31,391 nt of DNA from positions 1-31,391 of the forward strand of contig JBKBRF010000065.1 in NCBI GenBank assembly GCA_046292385.1. The letters are read 5' to 3'. Position 1 is the first letter of the stretch. Every line of letters begins with the position of its first letter. The position numbers were made by a program, and so were the translations under genes. This document shows positions 1 through 8,047 of this stretch, piece after piece. The notes under the pieces are model-generated. The model did no database searches. It had not been told where the DNA came from and worked only from the letters and a program-made list of their open reading frames with translations. This stretch comes from Armatimonadota bacterium (lineage in GTDB: Bacteria > Armatimonadota > SYMT01).

Positions 1-121
1 TTGGGCTTGCACCTGCCAGAAACCATGCCGATGTACGAAGTGTAGTGGAAAGATTCAGCCTCGCTTGATGCTTCGCAGCCACCGCGAGGCTGAATCTTTC
101 TTACAAACTGCGGAACTTGGG
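1..121 (+). mobile_element. Right end of an insertion sequence (possibly IS1634-like): putative transposase C-terminus at 1-45, hairpin, terminal inverted repeat at 106-121
   Basis: AACTGCGGAACTTGGG (106-121) is the exact reverse complement of CCCAAGTTCCGCAGTT (31276-31291). Frame 1 reads LGLHLPETMPMYEV-stop (1-45). GC is lower than in the flanking genes. The family call rests on recalled resemblance of the IR and the LGLxLP tail and is not verified. Confidence 0.6.
48..100. terminator. 17-bp perfect hairpin, probable terminator inside the IS end
   Basis: GAAAGATTCAGCCTCGC (48-64) pairs with GCGAGGCTGAATCTTTC (84-100), directly after the TAG at 43-45. Confidence 0.65.
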
Positions 122-140
122 TTAGTTGCGCCGAGTGCGC

Positions 141-857
141 TCACCGGGCCGGGCTGGGCTCCCCCACCTGCTCCGTCGGATGAAGTGACCTTCGGATCAC
201 GTCGAGCCACATCTCCCGTGTTAGAACGCCCGTGTTCGTGTTCTGACGGCTGGGATGGTAGCTGTCCACGAGCCGGTGCGGGGCTCCGGACGGGTGGTGA
301 ACCGCGCCGTGGGCGAACGGGTGGGCGGAGAGCTTCTCGCCGTAGAGCTTCAGGTAACTGTCGTGTGAGAGGCGGCCGAGGGCGAGGACGGTGGTGACCG
401 CCGGCAGCAGCCCCAGCTCCCGCGCCAGGAAGTCGCGGCAGGCGGTCAGCTCCGCGGTGGTAGGGCGGTTCTGCGGGGGGACGCACCGCGCCGCGTTGCT
501 GATATAGACGCCGCGCAGCTCGACCGGCTGGTCGCCGCGGGTGCAGTTGGGGACGGAGCAGACGCCGAGCTCGTGGAGGGCGCCCCAGAGCCAGCGGCCG
601 GAGTCGTCGCCCGTGAAGACGCGGCCATGCCGGTTGGCACCGTGGAAGCCGGGAGCCAGCCCCAGGATGAAGAGCCGCGCGTGGGGGTCGCCGAAGCCGG
701 AGACCGGGCGCGACCAGTACTCCGGGTGCGAGCGGCGCGACCCCTCCAGGTACTCCGCCAGGCGCGGGCAGCGCGTGCAGGCGTGGATCTCTTCGTTCAG
801 CAGCCGCAGCGCCGCCGGCCCCGCGGCTTTACCGGCTCGTTGGTCGTGACTGCTCAC
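141..857 (-). CDS. udgB: Uracil-DNA glycosylase, family 5 (UdgB-type, Fe-S)
   Basis: C-terminal part of ORF 141..1808 contains CTRC, GLAPGFHGANRHGRVFTGD, RCVPPQNRP and YHPSRQNT motifs. Start placed at GTG 857. Confidence 0.88.
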   Translation of the reverse strand: MSSHDQRAGKAAGPAALRLLNEEIHACTRCPRLAEYLEGSRRSHPEYWSRPVSGFGDPHARLFILGLAPGFHGANRHGRVFTGDDSGRWLWGALHELGVCSVPNCTRGDQPVELRGVYISNAARCVPPQNRPTTAELTACRDFLARELGLLPAVTTVLALGRLSHDSYLKLYGEKLSAHPFAHGAVHHPSGAPHRLVDSYHPSRQNTNTGVLTREMWLDVIRRSLHPTEQVGEPSPAR

Positions 858-916
858 CCGCCTCACCCCATTCTCAACAGCATCTCCCCGTCTCCTCAAA
901 ACCGCACGGGTCACGA

Positions 917-1693
917 CTACTGGTGAGGGTAGGGCGGGTAAACGCCCGGCGGCGGGGCCGGGGGCAGCGCGCCGGGGATGCCGATGACGTCCCGGTAGGC
1001 GACCATCATCCCGAGAATGTAGATCGGCCAGGTCACCGCGAAGCCGATGACGCAGAGGTTGCTGCCGATCGAGCCGATCAGCGCCAGGAGGAAGAACCAG
1101 ACGAGGTACACCCACAGGTACGGCTTCGTGACCTCCCAACTCTTTCCCATCGCGTCCAGCACGCCCATGCGCCCTTCCGCCACCAGGGGAGTCACGAACG
1201 TCAGCATTCCCCCCAGCAGCAGCCCGGGCAGCACGCAGGCGATCGAGCCGAGACCGCTGATCAGCCCCACGAGCAGCGTGGCGCCGAGCATCCGCAGCAT
1301 CACGTCGCCGCCGCTGAAGATGTCGGCCACGCGGATCGCCTCCCCGCGAAGCTGCTTCGCGGCGGTCCGCTCCATCCCGACCATCAGGGCCGCGCTGGCG
1401 AGGACCGCGACCACGATCGAGAGGCCGAAGATCGCTCCGCCAGTGGTAAGGGCCGCCACGATGGCGGCCGCGGACGGCTCGGTCCCCCGCCTCTCCGCCT
1501 CCGCGACGGCAGCCATGAGCGGCATCAGGAAGAAGGCATACCCGACGAGGACCGGCACGAGGGCGAAGAGCGTGTAGATGAACCCCTGGCCGAGCCAGAC
1601 CTGCCACTGCTGTCCGAAGAGCCGGAACGACTCGGAGAGCCAGTCTCCGATCCTGGGCGGCGGGGGCGCCGCCGGTGAGTAGCTCTGCTCCAT
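917..1693 (-). CDS. Hypothetical integral membrane protein with Pro-rich termini
   Basis: 258 aa with 4-5 hydrophobic segments, AGGAG Shine-Dalgarno upstream and GC-rich third codon positions. Confidence 0.8.
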   Translation of the reverse strand: MEQSYSPAAPPPPRIGDWLSESFRLFGQQWQVWLGQGFIYTLFALVPVLVGYAFFLMPLMAAVAEAERRGTEPSAAAIVAALTTGGAIFGLSIVVAVLASAALMVGMERTAAKQLRGEAIRVADIFSGGDVMLRMLGATLLVGLISGLGSIACVLPGLLLGGMLTFVTPLVAEGRMGVLDAMGKSWEVTKPYLWVYLVWFFLLALIGSIGSNLCVIGFAVTWPIYILGMMVAYRDVIGIPGALPPAPPPGVYPPYPHQ

Positions 1694-1876
1694 CTACTGT
1701 TCTCCTGCGCCTGTCGGTCCTCGCCCGTTCCGTTAGATCTGGTTGGGCGGGAGGCCGCTCGCTTCCTGCGGCCCGGGTCGGAATCGGGGCGGGGCAGGTG
1801 GGATACACTTTCAGGGCGCCGTCGCGCCCCCGTCTTTTGCCGGCGCCGCCGGCGGTCCGGAGGAGTGAGCCTTTCC

Positions 1877-2485
1877 ATGTCTGAAACCAAGTCCACGAAT
1901 ATCGTGTGGCACGCGCATACCGTCACCCGCGAGGAGCGCGAGCAGAAGTTCGGCCACCGCGGCTGCACCGTCTGGCTCACCGGCCTCTCCGGCTCCGGGA
2001 AGTCGACCCTGGCGAACGCGCTCGACGCGGCGCTCTGGGAGCGCGGCGTGCGCTCCTACGTGCTGGACGGCGACAACATCCGCCACGGCCTGAACAAGGA
2101 CCTCGGCTTCTCGCCGGAGGACCGGACCGAGAACATCCGCCGCATCGGCGAGGTGGCCAAGCTCTTCACCGAAGCCGGCGTCATCAACACCACCGCATTC
2201 ATCTCGCCGTACCGCAGCGACCGCGACCGCGCCCGGGAGATCCAGAAGGAAGGCGACTTCATCGAAGTCTACGTCTGCGCTTCCCTGGAAGAGTGCGAGC
2301 GCCGCGACACCAAGGGGCTTTACGCCAAGGCGCGCGCCGGCCAGATCAAGGAGTTCACCGGGATCTCCGCGCCGTACGAGGAGCCGGAGAAGCCGGAACT
2401 GGTGGTGAGCACCGAGGGCCGCTCGGTCGAGGAGTCGGTCGGCGACATCCTCACCTACCTGCAGGAGAAGGGCTACCTCGGTTAG
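1877..2485 (+). CDS. cysC: Adenylyl-sulfate (APS) kinase
   Basis: [13 protein letters not shown]-loop, [19 protein letters not shown] and FTGISAPYE motifs. ATG 1877 follows AGGAG. Confidence 0.97.
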   Translation: MSETKSTNIVWHAHTVTREEREQKFGHRGCTVWLTGLSGSGKSTLANALDAALWERGVRSYVLDGDNIRHGLNKDLGFSPEDRTENIRRIGEVAKLFTEAGVINTTAFISPYRSDRDRAREIQKEGDFIEVYVCASLEECERRDTKGLYAKARAGQIKEFTGISAPYEEPEKPELVVSTEGRSVEESVGDILTYLQEKGYLG

Positions 2486-2507
2486 TCTTTCGAGCGCGCG
2501 TAATTGG

Positions 2508-2548
2508 GAGGGGAGAGCCTGAGTCAGCGGCTCTCCCCTTCGCTTTTT
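2508..2548 (+). terminator. Intrinsic terminator-like hairpin between cysC and sugE
   Basis: GAGGGGAGAGCC (2508-2519) pairs with GGCTCTCCCCTT (2529-2540), followed by CGCTTTTT. Confidence 0.7.
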
Positions 2549-2561
2549 ACCGGAGCGAACG

Positions 2562-2942
2562 ATGGCCTGGTGGATCCTCCTGCTCGCGGGGTTGTGCGAG
2601 ATTGCCTGGGCGATCGGGCTGAAGGTCTCGCACGGCTTCACCCGCCCCGGCCCGGCGGCGGCGACCGTCGCCATGATGGTGGCGAGCTTCGTGCTGCTCG
2701 GCTACGCGCTGCGCACGCTGCCGCTCGGCACCGCCTACGCGGTCTGGACCGGCATCGGCGCCGTCGGCACCGCCATCGCCGGCATCCTGCTCTTCGGCGA
2801 GTCGCGCGACTGGATCCGGCTCGCCTGCATCGCGCTGATCCTCGCCGGCATCGCCGGCCTCAAGCTCACCACGCCGACCGGACCGGGACAACTTACCACA
2901 GAGCGCACAGAGAGCACAGAGAGGAACCCAAGCCGAAATTGA
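2562..2942 (+). CDS. sugE: SMR-family exporter, Gdx/SugE (guanidinium exporter) subtype
   Basis: Four TM segments, membrane Glu13 in [13 protein letters not shown], and [14 protein letters not shown]. Carries an extra C-terminal tail of about 20 aa. Confidence 0.9.
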   Translation: MAWWILLLAGLCEIAWAIGLKVSHGFTRPGPAAATVAMMVASFVLLGYALRTLPLGTAYAVWTGIGAVGTAIAGILLFGESRDWIRLACIALILAGIAGLKLTTPTGPGQLTTERTESTERNPSRN

Positions 2943-3121
2943 ACCGCCAAGAACGCAAAGGACGCAAAGAGGAACCAGATGGAGAAACTCCGGGGCCGCT
3001 GTACGGGACTCGAGACGCGTAGCAGGCCCATTCCTCTTGGCGAGCTTGGCGCTCTTGGCGGTAAACCCGGTTCGGATCCTGGTTCGGGTTCTCTCCGCGC
3101 TCTCCGCGTCTCTGCGGTGAA
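2893..3121. repeat. Nested inverted pairs of 9-nt-period tandem repeats (A-B...B'-A'), REP-like
   Basis: A is ACCACAGAGCGCACAGAGAGCACAGAG (about 2895-2921). B is ACCGCCAAGAACGCAAAGGACGCAAAGAGGAA (2943-2974). B' is TTCCTCTTGGCGAGCTTGGCGCTCTTGGCGGT (3031-3062). A' is CTCTCCGCGCTCTCCGCGTCTCTGCGGT (3091-3118). Confidence 0.85.
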
Positions 3122-3133
3122 TAACGGTTCGGG

Positions 3134-3940
3134 CTACCCCCGCCCCCAGGGCTCCGCCTTTCGCAGCACGAGCGCGCAGTCGAAGTAGGCCGTCGTGGGA
3201 GGGCGCTCGTCGAGGTCGTGGAGTACGGCGTCCTCCGCGAAGCCGACCACCCGGTGGAGCAGGGAGAGCTCCGGGTAGGTGAAGTCGCGGCACGGCTCGA
3301 TCTCCGGGGGCGCTTCCGGCCGGTCCAGCGGCTGGAACACGCTGACGCCCACCTGCCGGACCGGGTCGTAGGTGTCCAGACCGATCCACTCCTCGCCGCG
3401 CTGGGTGGTGGTGTACGGCTCGCCCTGACCGGCGTCCGGCAGCTTCAGCAGGCAGCGGTGCTCCACCAGGAAGCGGCCGTCGTCTCGCAGGTGCTCCCGG
3501 ACCGACTGCAGGCAATCGAGGTGATCGTCGTGGGTCAGGAGGTACTTGAACGACTGGTCCATCATGATCACCAGTCCGAACCGTTCCGGCACGCGAAAGC
3601 GCCGCGCGTCGGCGACCTCGAACCGGAGGCGGGCCGACACGGCGGGACCCCGGCGCGCCGCTTCTTCCCGGGCGCGGCGGATGAACTCCGCGTTGAGGTC
3701 CAGCCCCACCACCGGGTAGCCGCGCTCCGCCAGCGCGAGGGAGAGCCGGCCGGTGCCGCACGCCAGGTCGAGGATTGGCGGGCCGCAGCGCTGCAGCCAC
3801 TCCAGCACCAGGTCCAGCTCCGGGAGGTAGTCGTCCGGCCGGTCGTCCACCTGCTGCTCCGCGGGGCAGTGTCCCCAGGCGTTCGGCAGGTGCGGAAGCT
3901 CTTCCGCGAGCGGCGACCATTTCCCCCAGCCCCGGTGCAT
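3134..3940 (-). CDS. Class I SAM-dependent methyltransferase
   Basis: ILDLACGTGR motif I, VVGLDLN and VADAR motifs. GGAGG SD precedes ATG 3940. Confidence 0.9.
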   Translation of the reverse strand: MHRGWGKWSPLAEELPHLPNAWGHCPAEQQVDDRPDDYLPELDLVLEWLQRCGPPILDLACGTGRLSLALAERGYPVVGLDLNAEFIRRAREEAARRGPAVSARLRFEVADARRFRVPERFGLVIMMDQSFKYLLTHDDHLDCLQSVREHLRDDGRFLVEHRCLLKLPDAGQGEPYTTTQRGEEWIGLDTYDPVRQVGVSVFQPLDRPEAPPEIEPCRDFTYPELSLLHRVVGFAEDAVLHDLDERPPTTAYFDCALVLRKAEPWGRG

Positions 3941-4160
3941 ATCATCCTCCGAGCGGTGAGTCCGGACGTGACGCGAGCCAAGCGGAAATGCGCCCTCAGG
4001 AGCAGCTCCCGAGGGCGATCAATGGACCTTTTTGAACAGGGTTTTGAACAGCGCTAGCCGCGAGCCGGCCGCTTACCTGCGCACTCTCGACCGATTCCAC
4101 GCCTGACTTTGCACAGGTTTTCGACAGCCTGCTAGTCAGTCGTGGATGGAGGTGTGGACC

Positions 4161-4250
4161 TGGCAAGGGAGAGTGGGCGAAAGGGCGAGCTTGAGAAGCT
4201 GCTTACGGGTACGGTTCTCCCACTCCCTCACTCTCCCTTGCTCCCACTCC
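4161..4250. repeat. Dispersed repeat, copy 1 (8-nt-period arms forming a hairpin)
   Basis: 4161-4226 matches 22817-22882 at 57 of 66 nt. Internal arms GCAAGGGAGAGTG and CACTCTCCCTTGC pair with each other. Confidence 0.85.
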
Positions 4251-4294
4251 AACTACACAGAAGTGCTGGGACACACCATAAAGGGCGGCGTTTA

Positions 4295-4747
4295 CTACTT
4301 CTTCGGCACGGGTTTCGCGGCCGGCTTCGCCGCCGCCGCCGGCCTGGCGGGGACCGGCTTCTGCGGAGCCGGCTTCGCGGCCTTCGGTTTCGCGGCCTTT
4401 GGCTTGCCCGCCTTCCGCGCGACCTGGGCGAGGATCTCCTCCGCGTCGACCAGCTTCAGCACGGCGGGGGCGTTGTCGCCGTTGACCGCCGCGACCCGCT
4501 TCAGATCGGCCACCTTATCCCGTGCGGGGACGAACTGCTTCCTGGCGACCAGCGCCTTCACCTGGGCGATGCCCTGCTTCACGGCGGCATTCTTGCTGGT
4601 GGCCGAGGCCTGCGTGAGCAGCGCGTTCACCTTCGCCACGCGCTGGGCGCGCTGGGACGCGGCGTCCGCGGGCGAGAGTGTCAGCAGCGCGGCGCTCGCG
4701 GCGAGGCCGAGGGCGAGCAGCCGGGAGGGGAAGAAAAACTTGAGCAT
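4295..4747 (-). CDS. Hypothetical secreted protein with a Lys/Ala/Pro-rich C-terminal tail
   Basis: Signal peptide MLKFFFPSRLLALGLAASAALLTLSPADA. AAGGAG SD precedes ATG 4747. Confidence 0.8.
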   Translation of the reverse strand: MLKFFFPSRLLALGLAASAALLTLSPADAASQRAQRVAKVNALLTQASATSKNAAVKQGIAQVKALVARKQFVPARDKVADLKRVAAVNGDNAPAVLKLVDAEEILAQVARKAGKPKAAKPKAAKPAPQKPVPARPAAAAKPAAKPVPKK

Positions 4748-4928
4748 GGGAGAGCTCCTTCTGGACAGCCGGGACACGCCCGCAGGAACAGGGTAGCAGC
4801 GGATTCCGCCCGGGGCGCGCCCGGAGAGGACGGCTCAACCGGAACACTGAAAACCGTGACCTGCCGGCAGCGGCGCCTCCACTATTGTCGCGAAGGAGCA
4901 GCCCTGAGATGCAGCGGAGCGAGGGATT

Positions 4929-5360
4929 TTATCGCTCGGTCGTTCGCTCTCGCTCGGTCAGCTCCCGCCCCTGCAGCAGCTTCCCCTGGGCCGAGGCGAC
5001 GAGCGCGCCTTCCTCGTCCCGGATCTCGGCCCGGCACTCCACCAGCTTGCGGGCGTGGCGGGTCACCTCGGCGGAGATCACCAGGGGCCGGTCGGTGCCC
5101 GCCGGCCGCGCGTAGCGGACGGTGAGCTCCGCGGTGGTGGCCCAGCGGCCCAGCGTGATCGCGGCGTAGACCATCGCTTCGTCCAGCAGCGCGGCCAGGA
5201 TGCCGCCGTGCGCCATGCCGGCGTAGCCCTGGTGATGCGTGCGCGGGGCGTAAGTGCCGGTGGCGCGCCCGGCTTCGCATTGGAAGCGGGCGTTCAGGCC
5301 GTCCGGGTTATCCGGACCACAGACGAAGCAGAAGCGGTCGACCTCGAGCGGCAGAGACAT
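4929..5360 (-). CDS. PaaI-family (hotdog-fold) thioesterase
   Basis: CFVCGPDNPDGL and HGGILAALLDEAM motifs. Confidence 0.92.
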   Translation of the reverse strand: MSLPLEVDRFCFVCGPDNPDGLNARFQCEAGRATGTYAPRTHHQGYAGMAHGGILAALLDEAMVYAAITLGRWATTAELTVRYARPAGTDRPLVISAEVTRHARKLVECRAEIRDEEGALVASAQGKLLQGRELTERERTTER

Positions 5361-5509
5361 TCAGGAGCCTTCCCGGTAAAGCGCGGACGGGGCGCCGGTT
5401 CAGTTTAGTCGGTTCACCGGGGTTCTGTGTGAGTGACCCGTGCCGCCCGGCCACCTCGGAAACCGAACTGGCCGGACGAGACCGCGTGGACCGCCACTCT
5501 GGGGAGGCC

Positions 5510-5605
5510 GAGGGATGACGGATGAAGGATGAGGGATGAACGATGAGGGATGAAGCCGGGTCTTCCGGAACTAAGTGGGGGCAAGGGAGAGTGGGGGAGT
5601 GGGAG
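5510..5605. repeat. 7-nt-period (GGATGAR) tract followed by an 8-nt-period tract
   Basis: GAGGGATGACGGATGAAGGATGAGGGATGAACGATGAGGGATGAA spans 5510-5554. 5574-5605 is the reverse complement of 4217-4248 with 2 mismatches in 32 nt. Confidence 0.85.
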
Positions 5606-5724
5606 TCTCCGTCCGGCACTGTGAGCCGAGGAGAAAGCGAACGAGAAGGAGCGGCTGTTCACGAGTGGCGCAGCCCATCCCCGCCAGACCTAAACGCTAC
5701 CCGCTGCCCCCTAAACGCTTGTGA

Positions 5725-6564
5725 CTAGTGTCGCCGCGCCGGGCGGTCCTCGTCGTCTTCGCCCAGCAGCTTGCGCAGCCGCTCGATCTCCGCCTGCTCC
5801 TGGCGCTTCCGGAGGGGGTTGAAGCCGGAGACCCGCTCTCGCTCCCGCTCCGCCGGCTCCTCGCGCAGCAGCGGCTCCCGGCGGCGCGGCGCGGGACGTG
5901 AGCGCTGCGGGAGCGAAAGCCGGCTCAGGTTGAGGCGGGGGAGCTTCCGCACGTAGAAGTAAGCGGCAGCCGGCGCGGCGAGCACGAAGAGCGCCAGCAG
6001 CGGGCTCCGGAGCTGCATCCCCATTTGGAAGTAGATCAGCGCTACCCAGACCCCGGCCAGCACCTTCGCCTTGAGTGGAAAGCCCCAGAAGGAGACTTCC
6101 AGCTCCGGATCGAGCGCGGCCCAGGCGGTGACCAGCGCCGCCAGCGGGATGTGGAGTCCCAGGAGCGGGACCGAGACGCCGAACAGGTAGTAGGGGATCA
6201 GGAACGCGACCGCGCCGATCGCCGTGAAGGCGAAGAAGAGCGCCGCGAAGTTCCGGGAGCCCCAGGCCCGCTCCAGCATGCCGCCCATCCCGTACAGCAC
6301 GTAGAGCGCCAGGAGAATCCAGATGCTCGGGAGCTCCAGGAACGGATAGGTGAAGAGGGTCCAGGGCCGGTAGTACCAGCCCTCCGGAATGAACGGCACG
6401 TAGCGCGCGACGAAGCTGGAGTCCTGCCCCGTAAAGAAGAAGAGCAGGAAGGTGACGACCGTCGCGATCAGGAGCGCGCGGGTTACCGGGATCGAGTGCA
6501 GGCTAAGCGGCAGCCACTGGTTGCTACCTCCGTAGCCCCGGTCATTCCCCCACGAACTGCGCAT
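5725..6564 (-). CDS. Rhomboid-superfamily membrane protein, probably catalytically inactive
   Basis: RPWTLFTYPFL and GGMLERAWG rhomboid-like motifs with about 6 TM segments. No GxSG motif or catalytic His is visible. Start placed at ATG 6564. Confidence 0.75.
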   Translation of the reverse strand: MRSSWGNDRGYGGSNQWLPLSLHSIPVTRALLIATVVTFLLFFFTGQDSSFVARYVPFIPEGWYYRPWTLFTYPFLELPSIWILLALYVLYGMGGMLERAWGSRNFAALFFAFTAIGAVAFLIPYYLFGVSVPLLGLHIPLAALVTAWAALDPELEVSFWGFPLKAKVLAGVWVALIYFQMGMQLRSPLLALFVLAAPAAAYFYVRKLPRLNLSRLSLPQRSRPAPRRREPLLREEPAERERERVSGFNPLRKRQEQAEIERLRKLLGEDDEDRPARRH

Positions 6565-6624
6565 CCGGACCGCCTTTCCATGCCCTTCGGATCGAGTCGA
6601 GCCACCGCAACCGTGCCCAACAGC

Positions 6625-6653
6625 AGTATATCGGCGCTGTCGAGGGACACCAA
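6625..6653 (-). promoter_or_regulatory. Putative sigma70 promoter of the rhomboid-like gene
   Basis: Minus strand reads TTGGTG-N17-TATACT. Confidence 0.5.
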
Positions 6654-6852
6654 ACTCGGGGAAGTGGGGCGTACTCCGTCTTTCGTCACGCGGTGGTGCC
6701 GCCGCATACCGGCAGATCGTGCCGGTCGAGTCGCCTTCGGATAAAGCTGCCCCTCCCGGAGAGCATCGCAAACCGACCGGTGCCGGCTGTCAGCGCTCCG
6801 CCCGGCAGGATGCTCCGCCAGACGGAAGCGGCGCGCCGCTGCGGAGGAGGCA

Positions 6853-8046
6853 CTACCGAAGGCGCCTCCCTTCCTCCGAAGCCCCCGGCCCTCCGCTGCC
6901 GACGCCGGCTGCGGATACGACCTTGCGCCCTTTCCACGCCACGCTTCCGCCGCGGCGGGTGCGGAAGTAGCTGCTCCACTGGATCGTGAGGGAAGCGGCG
7001 ATTCCGAGCGGATGCAGCAGGACGGTGCTCCACGGGTAGCGGAACCGCCGCCGCAGGCCGGCGTGGATCGCCCCGAGGAGGAGCACCTGTCCGAGCACCG
7101 GCCACGCCCACGCGGGCCAGCCGCCGGCCAGCGCCGCCAGCAGAGAGAGGGGCGGGAACAGGAAGAGCAACACTTCCAGCGTGGTAAGGGTGAGCAGCGC
7201 CGGGAGCGATCCGATGCCCTGGTAGGCGTTCCGGCCGAATCCGTGCCAGCACTCGCGCCAGCCGCGGTACATCCGGCAGGAGATCAAGGGGGAGAGGTCG
7301 GCCAGCGCGACCGCTTTGCCCGCTTGCTTGAAGCGCCGCGCCAGGTGCAGGCCGTCGTGGAGCGAGGCGGGGATGGCGCCGTGACCGCCGGTCTGGAAGT
7401 AGGCCTCCCGGCGGGCGAGCAGGAGCTGACCGCAGCCGGCGGCTAGGGCGGGCTGGGGGGAGCGCCGGACCAGCCGGATCGGCAGAAGCGTGAAGACGAG
7501 CCAGTAGACGAACGGCACCGTCAGCGCCTCGCCGAGGCTGCCGATCTCCTGCCGGGGAAAGCCGGTAAGGAGGTCTGCTTCCTGGCGCCGCGCCTCCGCG
7601 ACAGCGCGGGAGACGAGCTCCGGGTGGTGGCGGGTGTCGGCGTCGACGAAGAGCAGCCACTCGCCGCGGGCGAGCTGCGCGAGCTGGTGGCAGGCGTGGG
7701 TCTTACCGCCCCAGCCGGGCGGGAGGGGGCAGCCGGCATGCAGCCGTACGCGCGGATCTCCGGAGGCAACGCGCAGCACCCGCGCGGCGGTATCGTCGGT
7801 CGACCCGTCGTCGAGCACCCGGATCTCCAGGCGCGGGTAATCCTGCGCCTGGAGCCCCTGCAGGCAGGCTTCGACGTTCTCCGCCTCGTTGCGCACCGGC
7901 ACCAGGATGCTGACCAGCGGCAGGTCCCGCCGCGCCTCCTCCCGCGCGGGAACGCGGTAGTCCCGGTGGTTCAACCAGACCAGGGCCGCTACCCCGGCGA
8001 GCCAGGCGAAGAGGGCCCACTGGCACAGCACCTCCAGCGGCGGCAT
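6853..8046 (-). CDS. GT2 glycosyltransferase, CrtQ-like carotenoid glycosyltransferase
   Basis: VSILVPVRNE, DDGSTD, GWGGKTHAC, FVDAD and CRMY motifs. Last gene of the carotenoid operon; ATG at 8046. Confidence 0.88.
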   Translation of the reverse strand: MPPLEVLCQWALFAWLAGVAALVWLNHRDYRVPAREEARRDLPLVSILVPVRNEAENVEACLQGLQAQDYPRLEIRVLDDGSTDDTAARVLRVASGDPRVRLHAGCPLPPGWGGKTHACHQLAQLARGEWLLFVDADTRHHPELVSRAVAEARRQEADLLTGFPRQEIGSLGEALTVPFVYWLVFTLLPIRLVRRSPQPALAAGCGQLLLARREAYFQTGGHGAIPASLHDGLHLARRFKQAGKAVALADLSPLISCRMYRGWRECWHGFGRNAYQGIGSLPALLTLTTLEVLLFLFPPLSLLAALAGGWPAWAWPVLGQVLLLGAIHAGLRRRFRYPWSTVLLHPLGIAASLTIQWSSYFRTRRGGSVAWKGRKVVSAAGVGSGGPGASEEGRRLR

Positions 8047-8047
8047 C

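Noticed and set aside
858..1808. N-terminal ~316 aa of the 555-aa ORF 141..1808
   Set aside because: Arg/Gly-rich off-frame shadow of the membrane protein gene 917-1693. Only the UDG part is credible.
2893..3121. Possible CRISPR array
   Set aside because: Units are short, degenerate and inverted, with no constant repeat-spacer pattern and no cas genes.
4750..4925. Riboswitch upstream of the secreted protein gene
   Set aside because: No c-di-GMP, c-di-AMP or other consensus motif could be matched by eye.
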